NCBI GenBank assembly: GCA_905233255.1
Contig: CAJOCN010000004.1
Coordinates: forward strand, 12,868-76,867
Length of the DNA stretch: 64,000 bases
Source of the DNA: Paludibacteraceae bacterium
GTDB taxonomy: Bacteria > Bacteroidota > Bacteroidia > Bacteroidales > Paludibacteraceae
Reading direction: 5' to 3'
The position numbers and the translations under genes are program-made. Below, in pieces: positions 19,489-26,469 of this stretch (position 1 is its first letter; every line of letters begins with the position of its first letter). The notes under the pieces were generated by a model. That model saw only the letters and a program-made list of their open reading frames with translations. It had not been told where the DNA came from and made no database searches.

Positions 19489-19573
19489 CCAGGTCTGACC
19501 TCACCGACAGCGTAAAAAAGCGGTGAAAAATTTTATATAAAGAGTTTCGGGAACGAGGCTCTGTTTTTTTTGT
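19489..19573 (+). repeat. Copy 2 of the 84/85-nt direct repeat
   Basis: See 18717-18800. Starts 6 nt after the DUF2442 stop. Confidence 0.9.
19540..19571 (+). terminator. Intrinsic terminator inside repeat copy 2
   Basis: Same stem-loop as copy 1, followed by T8. Confidence 0.7.
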
Positions 19574-19625
19574 TTCGATAAAAATGCAGATTTTTTTTGT
19601 GGATGTCTAAAAATCTTTGATTATA

Positions 19626-19657
19626 TTTGCATATTTGAAAAAAAATCTATAATTTTG
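19626..19657 (+). promoter_or_regulatory. Bacteroidetes-type promoter upstream of the WYL gene
   Basis: TTTG at 19626-19629, 20-nt A-rich spacer, TAatTTTG at 19650-19657. Confidence 0.6.
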
Positions 19658-19667
19658 CACACTCATT

Positions 19668-19702
19668 CACTTTGTGGGAGTTTGAAGCAGTAATTTTGCA
19701 GC
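19668..19702 (+). promoter_or_regulatory. Copy 1 of a 35-nt island-specific promoter/operator element (CACTTTGTGGGAGTTTGAAGCAGTAATTTTGCAGC)
   Basis: 32/35 identical to 22499-22533. Contains TTTG and TAatTTTG boxes with a 16-nt spacer. Lies 18 nt before the WYL ATG. Confidence 0.65.
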
Positions 19703-19719
19703 CGAAAAATTTAACGCAC

Positions 19720-20661
19720 ATGGAAACGAAGAAAAAACTGAAATCATCAACTGCTTATCTTTTCAACTGCTATATTTGGCTGTTGAACACTATCGCACGC
19801 GGTCCTATTTCACGCGCAGCGATAGACGAGAAATGGGCGCACGCTTCTGCTAATTCATATAAGCAGGATTGTATCCCTGAGAGTAATTTCCATCGTTGGA
19901 AAGACACTATAAAAGAGCTTTTCGGCATCAAAATCAAATGTAACGGGAATAACGAGTACTACATTGAGGAAGCTACCGACTTGCGCGGTGGGGATCTGCG
20001 TATGCGTGCTCTAAACCTTATGTCCGCAAACAATCTACTCAAGGACAGCGAAGAACTATCCGACAGGATTTTGTTTGAGCCTGTTCCTTCCGGAGAAAAG
20101 TTCTTGACTCCTATCATTGAAGCTATGCGTGATATGACCGCCATCAACATGACGTATCAAGGTTTTACGCGTCAAAAACCGGCTACTTTCATCGTTGAAC
20201 CATATTGTCTCAAGGTGTTCAGGCAACGCTGGTATATGCTTGCGTACTCTCCCGGTCTTGATAAGGCGATGATTTACTCTCTCGATCGTGTTCACGCAGT
20301 TGAACCGACCAAGCAGAAATATAAGTTGCCAAAGGGCTTCAATGCAGAAGAGTACTTTAAGAATACGTACGGAGTTACCGGCATGGATGAAGAGCCGGAG
20401 GATATCGAGATATGTATCGATGCTATGCAGGCAAATTACTTACGTACACTGCCTCTCCATTCCTCACAAGAGGAGATGGAACGCAATGATGATTATTCCA
20501 TATTCCGCTTTCATATGGTTCCTTCCTACGAGTTCTTGCAGGAACTTCGCAAGTATGGATCTGACGTGGAAGTGATTTCTCCGGAATCGGTTCGTGCTGA
20601 ATTTAGAGCAGACACTGAAAGTCTATATCGTATTTATAAACAAATGGAATCCTGGGTATGA
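19720..20661 (+). CDS. WYL-domain transcriptional regulator (N-terminal HTH, central WYL, C-terminal extension)
   Basis: FRQRWYMLAYSPG is a typical WYL-domain core. The N-terminal YLFNCYIWLLNTIARGPISRAAI is HTH-like. ATG at 19720 chosen (METKKKL), and it sits downstream of two promoter-like elements. Confidence 0.8.
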   Translation: METKKKLKSSTAYLFNCYIWLLNTIARGPISRAAIDEKWAHASANSYKQDCIPESNFHRWKDTIKELFGIKIKCNGNNEYYIEEATDLRGGDLRMRALNLMSANNLLKDSEELSDRILFEPVPSGEKFLTPIIEAMRDMTAINMTYQGFTRQKPATFIVEPYCLKVFRQRWYMLAYSPGLDKAMIYSLDRVHAVEPTKQKYKLPKGFNAEEYFKNTYGVTGMDEEPEDIEICIDAMQANYLRTLPLHSSQEEMERNDDYSIFRFHMVPSYEFLQELRKYGSDVEVISPESVRAEFRADTESLYRIYKQMESWV

Positions 20662-21179
20662 AAGATTTTGTAGCTATAGACTTTGAGACCGCTAATGGTA
20701 AGCGCTCCAGTATCTGCTCTGTTGGCGCAGTGATTGTGAAGAACGGAGAAATCGTTGATTCCTTCTATTCCCTGGTGAAGCCCACTCCCAACTACTATGC
20801 ATGGTTCTGCCAAGAGGTGCACGGTTTGGACTACTGCGACACAGATGACGCTGACTTCTTCCCGGAAGTGTGGTCGCGGTTGCAGGAAAAGGTGCATGCT
20901 TATTTCCCGTTCATCGAAGATGGAGAAGTGCCCTTTGTTGCACATAACGCACGCTTTGATGAAGGATGCTTGCGTGCTGCCTTTGCTACCTTTGAGTTGG
21001 CTTTGCCGAACTATGAGTTCATGGACACCCTTGCAGCATCGCGCAATTATTTTGGCTCCGCGCTCCTGAACCACCAACTGCACACGGTCGCAGCTGCTTG
21101 TGGCTACGATCTGCAGAACCACCACCATGCTCTCGCCGACGCTGAAGCCTGCGCATGGATAGCGAGAGAAATTGTTTAA
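20658..21179 (+). CDS. DEDDh 3'-5' exonuclease (DnaQ/epsilon-like)
   Basis: ExoI AIDFETAN, ExoII VAHNARFDEGCL, ExoIII HHALADAEACAW (H-x4-D). ATGA start/stop overlap with the WYL gene. Confidence 0.85.
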   Translation: MKDFVAIDFETANGKRSSICSVGAVIVKNGEIVDSFYSLVKPTPNYYAWFCQEVHGLDYCDTDDADFFPEVWSRLQEKVHAYFPFIEDGEVPFVAHNARFDEGCLRAAFATFELALPNYEFMDTLAASRNYFGSALLNHQLHTVAAACGYDLQNHHHALADAEACAWIAREIV

Positions 21180-21261
21180 TTAATCTATAAATTTACCATT
21201 ATGAAAACAGATGAAGAGTTATTGCTAAATGTTATTAATCACATGAATAGCCTCGCTATGT

Positions 21262-21723
21262 TTGCTCCGCGCACAAATAGAAAAGCTAAGTGATTCTCAA
21301 ATTGCAAAATACGAGGAAGGTGTAGTTTGGCTTTTGACCCAATTGGCCCATCAGACAGAAAATGCCAGCCTGCAAGGAGAGTTCGAGAGCAACGATATGG
21401 TTGCAATAAAAATTTTCCAGTATATATTCGACAGATCAATAGAGGCATTGTACTATGTTATAAAAGGCGAAGACCCAAGCAACATAGTCTTCGATCTAAA
21501 TGAAGTAGGAGACTATTACGAATTATCAATACCCATAGATCTTCAGATGACCATCAACAACGTCGTTCCGCGTATTGTTGGGATTGCCTCAAATCTATAC
21601 CAATTCATGGAAGAGGAAGGGTATATGAAATTACCTCTTGCCAAATGGATGTATTTTTACATGTATGCCTCATCTTTCCTTGCCATGAATTTCCTTTTAG
21701 AACAAGATTTAACAGATAAATAA
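21262..21723 (+). CDS. Hypothetical protein (possibly frameshifted; may originally have started at 21201)
   Basis: The listed ORF begins at a TTG. An ATG ORF starting at 21201 runs into it one frame off at a TTT run. No family recognised. Confidence 0.5.
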   Translation: MLRAQIEKLSDSQIAKYEEGVVWLLTQLAHQTENASLQGEFESNDMVAIKIFQYIFDRSIEALYYVIKGEDPSNIVFDLNEVGDYYELSIPIDLQMTINNVVPRIVGIASNLYQFMEEEGYMKLPLAKWMYFYMYASSFLAMNFLLEQDLTDK

Positions 21724-21750
21724 TTTGTTTAACCTTTAAATTTTAGAATT

Positions 21751-22479
21751 ATGACCGTTGAAGAATTAACTCAAAAACAAGAGAAGTTGCATCAAAAAAT
21801 CAATGCAATAGCAGAAAAATTAAACAATGGACTTGAACCCATTTATGATGGTGTTGGTAATATTCCTATTTACCTCAATTCGCCACTGAAAATAATGTGG
21901 CTGCTCAAAGAATCGTATGACCAAGACAAACAGGGCAATAAAGGTAATGGCAATTGGAGCATATATGATGCCGTTCAAAATGACACTGCATGGTCATATT
22001 TGTCATTTCAAAGAATGGCATATGTGCTCTATGGATATAATAATGGTGTTTATTGCGAGGATAAAGATATGCCGAAGATTAGAAATCGCAAAGAAATGGT
22101 TAAAGATCTTGCAAATCTTGCCTATATTAACATTAATAAACTACCAGGAGGAACCTCATCTGATGATTCTCATATCGCAAGATGTTACAATATATGGAAA
22201 GATATCATTAACGAGCAAATTGAAGTATATAATCCAAATGTTATAATTTTGGGAGGAACAGAGAAATTCTTGGATTTTAAAAACGAATTCATTCAATGTA
22301 AGCATTATGAAAACAAGGATGTAAATCCAAAAATAGAATCAAAGATTTACAAATGGGGCAATCGTTGGGTGATTTCCGTATACCACCCAGGATACATGAT
22401 GAGCACAGAGGTTTATGTGGACATAATAATAGATAGTCTTAAATATGTAGATGAACAAATAAAATCGCACAGAAAATAA
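21751..22479 (+). CDS. Hypothetical protein; weak by-eye resemblance to the uracil-DNA-glycosylase fold
   Basis: 242 aa. The order of short motifs (IMWLLKESY ... ININKLPGG ... VIILGGTEKF ... VYHPGYMM) loosely parallels the UDG-superfamily layout. This is not a confident assignment. Confidence 0.5.
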   Translation: MTVEELTQKQEKLHQKINAIAEKLNNGLEPIYDGVGNIPIYLNSPLKIMWLLKESYDQDKQGNKGNGNWSIYDAVQNDTAWSYLSFQRMAYVLYGYNNGVYCEDKDMPKIRNRKEMVKDLANLAYININKLPGGTSSDDSHIARCYNIWKDIINEQIEVYNPNVIILGGTEKFLDFKNEFIQCKHYENKDVNPKIESKIYKWGNRWVISVYHPGYMMSTEVYVDIIIDSLKYVDEQIKSHRK

Positions 22480-22498
22480 CGGTTTTTACAATCTCCTC

Positions 22499-22533
22499 CA
22501 CTTTGTAGGAGAATGAAGCAGTAATTTTGCAGC
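22499..22533 (+). promoter_or_regulatory. Copy 2 of the 35-nt island-specific promoter/operator element (CACTTTGTAGGAGAATGAAGCAGTAATTTTGCAGC)
   Basis: See 19668-19702. TAatTTTG at 22522-22529. Precedes the metallopeptidase gene at 22577. Confidence 0.65.
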
Positions 22534-22576
22534 GTGATTCGAAAGAGTCGCGCTGTAATTTTAATGTTTTAATGAT

Positions 22577-23362
22577 ATGACGCCCCCTTATTTATCAAAT
22601 TTTGAACAAATCCATCATGAGGCTATAAGACTAGCCGGTTATAAAATGAATGAGATCCGTAATATGGATGAAGAATATATTATAAATGCTTGTTGTGCTT
22701 GCGTTGCTGTTGCATATACTAAGATTCAGAAATATGGTGAAAAGTATTTTGGCGGTTTCTCAAGCAAAATAAATCTTTTTTATCACAAACTATGTCAGGG
22801 ACGTTATTATTTTGAGTCTGGAAATATCAGTATTAATCCGGATGTTATCTTCTCCAAGGAAGAATGCTTTAATGAAGTTCTTTTGCATGAGTTAACGCAT
22901 TCGATATATTATGACCATAGTATTGAATTTTGGCAACACTTGCAGCATCTTTTATATTTGGAAGGTCTCATAAAGGAAAAGAAAGACTTTCGCATAAGTG
23001 AGCAGTCTGGCTCTTACGCAGTATATTATGGGGATAGAAAAATAAATAACGGTAAAAAAATTATGATGCGTTTTATAGAAACTGGGGGTGGTTGTTGGTC
23101 TGACAATATCGAATGTTTGTTCCGTAGAGTCTTTTATTATCAAGATATATTGCGATATCGTAAAACTGGAACTTCTTCTTACCTTATAGATGACAATAGT
23201 AATTTCATTGTGATGGAGCCTATATGGAGAAAATATGCTTTAAGGTACAATATTGAGCCGATATTTCTCTTACAGATGAGTTGTATGGATGAGGATAGGA
23301 TGAGAAAAAATGCAGTCAATGTTAATAACTATGAAACATTCAAGCCAATACAGCAGTTATGA
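22577..23362 (+). CDS. DUF45/YgjP-like HExxH metallopeptidase-fold protein with a C-terminal extension
   Basis: LLHELTHSIYYDHSIEFWQHL matches the DUF45 signature (HELxHxxxxxHSxxFW). Confidence 0.7.
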   Translation: MTPPYLSNFEQIHHEAIRLAGYKMNEIRNMDEEYIINACCACVAVAYTKIQKYGEKYFGGFSSKINLFYHKLCQGRYYFESGNISINPDVIFSKEECFNEVLLHELTHSIYYDHSIEFWQHLQHLLYLEGLIKEKKDFRISEQSGSYAVYYGDRKINNGKKIMMRFIETGGGCWSDNIECLFRRVFYYQDILRYRKTGTSSYLIDDNSNFIVMEPIWRKYALRYNIEPIFLLQMSCMDEDRMRKNAVNVNNYETFKPIQQL

Positions 23363-23651
23363 TAAATCAGAGTGGAGTCATAGCCATGACTTCCCTATCG
23401 AGGAGATCTGGAATACAGAAACCACGATGGCTGCTTTTATCGCTCCTCGATTAAGAGCATTTAAGAGTTTAAAGAAGCATGGCTTCCCTTCGGAGATGGG
23501 TAGCGAGCGACAGTGGAATAGCACTATCCAAAAGATGATAGATGCCTTTGAAATATTAAGTCGCCCCTATACTCCAACAGACGAAGAGAATCCAATCGTA
23601 GAGGAAGGTCTTGACCTCTTCCGCAAATACTATCGTAATCTTTGGGACTAA
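23331..23651 (+). CDS. Hypothetical protein
   Basis: Same-strand ORF that overlaps the upstream gene end. The start is uncertain (ATG at 23310, 23319 or 23331). No family recognised. Confidence 0.45.
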   Translation: MKHSSQYSSYDKSEWSHSHDFPIEEIWNTETTMAAFIAPRLRAFKSLKKHGFPSEMGSERQWNSTIQKMIDAFEILSRPYTPTDEENPIVEEGLDLFRKYYRNLWD

Positions 23652-23669
23652 TGTAAATTTTTAACAGTT

Positions 23670-23924
23670 ATGGATACTCGATCTATCAATGACCAACTCG
23701 AACTGTTGCGTCTCAAAGAACTCTTTATGTCTGATATTGACATCCGTAGCAAAATGGCTATGCTTATCTGCGAAGAAGACTCATCCTACAGCGAGTTCTG
23801 TCAACTCACACATTGCACACCGGACATAGCGAAAATGTTTGCAGAACAATTGTTAATAGATGTTTTTCTTACTCCAGAAGAAATTGCCTCCGAGCGCGAA
23901 AGATTAGAAAGGATGAAACTATAA
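23670..23924 (+). CDS. Hypothetical protein (84 aa)
   Basis: Tightly spaced same-strand ORF in the island operon. No family recognised. Confidence 0.5.
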   Translation: MDTRSINDQLELLRLKELFMSDIDIRSKMAMLICEEDSSYSEFCQLTHCTPDIAKMFAEQLLIDVFLTPEEIASERERLERMKL

Positions 23925-23936
23925 TTCTATTTTACT

Positions 23937-24575
23937 ATGATACAATATGACGAACAGACCCTTCAACTTATTGAAGAAGAAATTACCTACATTTATCAAT
24001 CCGATGTAACAGGCTATCCGCAAAGTGAATTTTTGCTTGACTTACGGAAAAGTATCTTGAACGAGCAAGCATGTACGCGTAAAGCTCAAGAAGAACTTCT
24101 TCCTGACATAATAGCCTTTAATGACGCCTTGCATGACGCGCTTAAACATATGTTTGACCGCGCGCATGAACTTTATCGTCAGATGTCAGCTATTCAACCA
24201 GACATTATGTTAACCGCCAAATGTTATCTTGCATATGACTATCCTGCCTTGCACCCCTACCAAAAAGAAGACAGACAAGATTTGTTTGATGCAATATGTG
24301 ATTTCGGTTGGAACCAACTTTATGCAGATGGGGTTACTTTTGCGTTGGAATTACCGCGTGATATAGACATGCCTTTCGACACCATCAGAGGTATGGACTG
24401 CACGCCGTTTAACTGGAATGAAGGTCTTGACCCAGAACTTACGAAAGATCTCCATATCAATCGTGCCTTCCACAATCTCTTTGACCATACAAAATTTGCT
24501 CTCACAGATTTTATCTTTTGTCGAGATTTTGTCTTTGAGTATAGCACTATTAGCGAGGAAAAACTACTAATCTAA
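23937..24575 (+). CDS. Hypothetical protein (212 aa)
   Basis: Tightly spaced same-strand ORF. No family recognised. Confidence 0.6.
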   Translation: MIQYDEQTLQLIEEEITYIYQSDVTGYPQSEFLLDLRKSILNEQACTRKAQEELLPDIIAFNDALHDALKHMFDRAHELYRQMSAIQPDIMLTAKCYLAYDYPALHPYQKEDRQDLFDAICDFGWNQLYADGVTFALELPRDIDMPFDTIRGMDCTPFNWNEGLDPELTKDLHINRAFHNLFDHTKFALTDFIFCRDFVFEYSTISEEKLLI

Positions 24576-24584
24576 TTAACAAGC

Positions 24585-24809
24585 ATGAAAACATTTGTAA
24601 GAAAACACTTTAGAGATGAGTATGGAGTAGAATTTTCCACTTGTGGTGACATTACCACACTCACGCGAATGCCATCGGGGTTAAAGGGAGCATATCGAAT
24701 ACCGGATTTTGTGACTGACATATCAAAAAAAATAATTTTTGACTCATTTTTGGTAATTTTGGACAAACAAATAAAAAATATCTTCTTCCGATTTTGCCGC
24801 TTGATGTGA
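24585..24809 (+). CDS. Hypothetical protein (74 aa), possibly a gene fragment
   Basis: Last ORF of the same-strand run. The segment YRIPDFVTDISKKIIFDSF faintly resembles BspA-type LRR units. Confidence 0.35.
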   Translation: MKTFVRKHFRDEYGVEFSTCGDITTLTRMPSGLKGAYRIPDFVTDISKKIIFDSFLVILDKQIKNIFFRFCRLM

Positions 24810-24944
24810 ACGTAATCGCAAAATCTATATGAATTTTGTGGTTATAATCGTAAAATCTTTATAAAACATTTTAATATTTTATGGTATGATCTACATCCTC
24901 CGCGGGGAGAAGGTTTACAATGCGCAAGGCCGTTAGTAAAGTGA

Positions 24945-24995
24945 CAAAGGGACTAAGTACAAAGTACTAAGGGACTAAGTACCAAGTACAAAGGA
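24945..24995. repeat. Degenerate tandem repeat (AAGGGACTAAGTAC.AAGTAC units)
   Basis: AAAGGGACTAAGTACAAAGTACT / AAGGGACTAAGTACCAAGTACAAAGG read directly. Lies near the 3' side of the island operon. Confidence 0.7.
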
Positions 24996-25083
24996 ACAAA
25001 ACGGGCGGCTTAAAGAATGAGTCGCCCGTGTGTTGTGTCCAGATAATCATAGATGTATTGCTTAAGCATCTTATAAGTGCTGA

Positions 25084-25144
25084 AAATGTGTAAAAATCAC
25101 AAAATATAGTGCCATAAATGTGTAAAATTACACAAAAATAGTAC
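25084..25144. repeat. Two adjacent about 29-nt direct repeats (AAATGTGTAAAA(A)T(C/T)ACA(C)AAAA(T)ATAGT(G/A)C)
   Basis: Copies at 25084-25112 and 25116-25144, period 32 nt. They lie just upstream of a TTTG/TAtcTTTG promoter (25150-25182). Confidence 0.7.
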
Positions 25145-25149
25145 TTTTA

Positions 25150-25182
25150 TTTGTATGACTCAAAAAAAAAATAGTATCTTTG
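25150..25182 (+). promoter_or_regulatory. Bacteroidetes-type promoter
   Basis: TTTG at 25150-25153, 21-nt A-rich spacer, TAtcTTTG at 25175-25182. A 36-codon ORF (25221-25331) follows, and its stop lies inside the GAAAGAT array. Confidence 0.5.
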
Positions 25183-25320
25183 CAGTGCAAAATCAAATAT
25201 AAATTTAAACTATTACAACTATGAAAAAATCCATTCTTTTCCTGCTGGCGGAAGACGGCTGGTTCAAATGGTCATCAATCAGCAGACCTTATGCTGACGT
25301 TGAGCCGAGGTTAGGGAGAA

Positions 25321-25399
25321 GTGAAAAATGAAAGATGAAAGATGAAAGATGAAAGATGAAAGATGAAAGATGAAAAATGAAAGATGAAAGATGAAAGAT
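25321..25399. repeat. Heptamer array, GAAAGAT/GAAAAAT x about 11
   Basis: Read directly: gaaaaat, gaaagat x5, gaaaaat, gaaagat x3, gaaaaat (hand count). Confidence 0.95.
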
Positions 25400-25652
25400 G
25401 AAAAATATTTGCATATTTCAAAAAAAAGTTGTACCTTCGGTCCTCCCTATTTATAAAATATAAACAGGGTCCCACCGAAAATACGTTCGCATATTGCCGG
25501 ACATATACTAAGCACCGCGGACATTTTTTGAGAACCGCTAAAACGGTTTCCTGTTTTGCCCATACAAATACCATCTTATGCAAGCATAGCTATTATTTGT
25601 CTGTGCTAAACAGATAAAATTTCATTTTATTTTTCAAAAAAATATCCGAACG

Positions 25653-25684
25653 TTTGTGTATGTGCAAAATTTGTAGTATCTTTG
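25653..25684 (+). promoter_or_regulatory. Bacteroidetes-type promoter for the wHTH gene
   Basis: TTTG at 25653-25656, 20-nt spacer, TAtcTTTG at 25677-25684. ATG at 25708. Confidence 0.6.
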
Positions 25685-25707
25685 CAGACGCAAAAGAAAA
25701 ACGAGTT

Positions 25708-26064
25708 ATGGCAGGGAAAAGTTTTTATTTCATTATACAATCATGGATGTTGGAGGACATGCAACTTCCGCTGGGCGATGCGGCTGTATATGCCTATATC
25801 CATGGTCTGACGCGGTCGGAAGAGTTAGGAAAGAAAGGATGGCATGGATCCATCCGCAGGTTGGCAAAAGTGTTACACACCAGTCCTTCCACGATGAATG
25901 ATATCATAAATCGATTAGAAAAGAAAGGTTTCATCCATCTCTATAACGGCTTTATTACCAGCACAATAAACCGAGAATCGGCTCCCGGAACTCCTGAAGA
26001 AAAGCCCATTGACCGAAATCCGGACAAAAAATCAGAGGAGAAGCCTGATGGAGTGCCATTTTAG
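25708..26064 (+). CDS. Winged-helix/HTH DNA-binding protein (replication-organiser-like N-terminal domain)
   Basis: FYFIIQSWMLEDMQLPLGDAAVYAYIHGL...GSIRRLAKVLHTSPSTMNDIINRLEKKGFI looks like a wHTH. The tail is low-complexity and charged. ATG at 25708 is preferred to the listed 25654 start. Confidence 0.55.
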   Translation: MAGKSFYFIIQSWMLEDMQLPLGDAAVYAYIHGLTRSEELGKKGWHGSIRRLAKVLHTSPSTMNDIINRLEKKGFIHLYNGFITSTINRESAPGTPEEKPIDRNPDKKSEEKPDGVPF

Positions 26065-26403
26065 GTATGTGTGATGCACGGATTTCGGATAGCATGTACG
26101 GATTTTGTACACCATTGTACGGAATCCGTTTACATTTGTGCGAAAATCGAACACATATAATAAATAATATAATAATAAATAACCAGCCTGATGATTATTA
26201 ATGGAAGGACAGAACGGACTGAACAGGACAAAACAAAAAAATCATTATATATTTTATGGCAGGCTGGCTGGCATTTAATTGTTCTTGGGTTTATCTCGGG
26301 AGATGGTCCCGTGATGGTCACGATATTGAACCGTAAACGGAGGCTAACAATACTTAAACAAGGTGTAAGTAAGGGGTAAGAGCGAATCAAAACATCATTT
26401 TTA

Positions 26404-26435
26404 TTTGCATATCTCAAAAAAAAGCAGTAAATTTG
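26404..26435 (+). promoter_or_regulatory. Bacteroidetes-type promoter
   Basis: TTTG at 26404-26407, 20-nt A-rich spacer, TAaaTTTG at 26428-26435. ATG at 26470. Confidence 0.6.
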
Positions 26436-26469
26436 CAGCCGCAAATGGAACAAATTAATCATCATACAT

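Larger units (their letters stand above)
18277..26460. other. AT-rich accessory island (no integrase seen) between addA and the porin/apbE block
   Basis: Sharp compositional drop. Hand counts of single 60-nt lines gave 13/60 G+C at 21721 and 36/60 at 14161. Dense small same-strand genes with no housekeeping function, and several local direct repeats. Confidence 0.6.

Noticed and set aside
25321-25399. Possible CRISPR array (also considered for 28213-28306 and the CTAG arrays)
   Set aside because: The units are 7-9 nt with no spacers. CRISPR repeats are about 24-48 nt and are separated by unique spacers of similar size. No cas genes are present in the window.
26182-26268. 10-bp inverted repeat (AACCAGCCTG ... 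CAGGCTGGCT) as a possible invertible promoter switch
   Set aside because: The arms are short (9/10 match) and the 70-nt segment between them is small. No invertase is nearby and no promoter lies between the arms.
18277-26460. Calling the island a prophage, ICE or transposon
   Set aside because: No integrase, recombinase, transposase, relaxase, capsid or tail genes are visible. I found no tRNA target and no island-flanking direct repeats. Only internal repeats are present.
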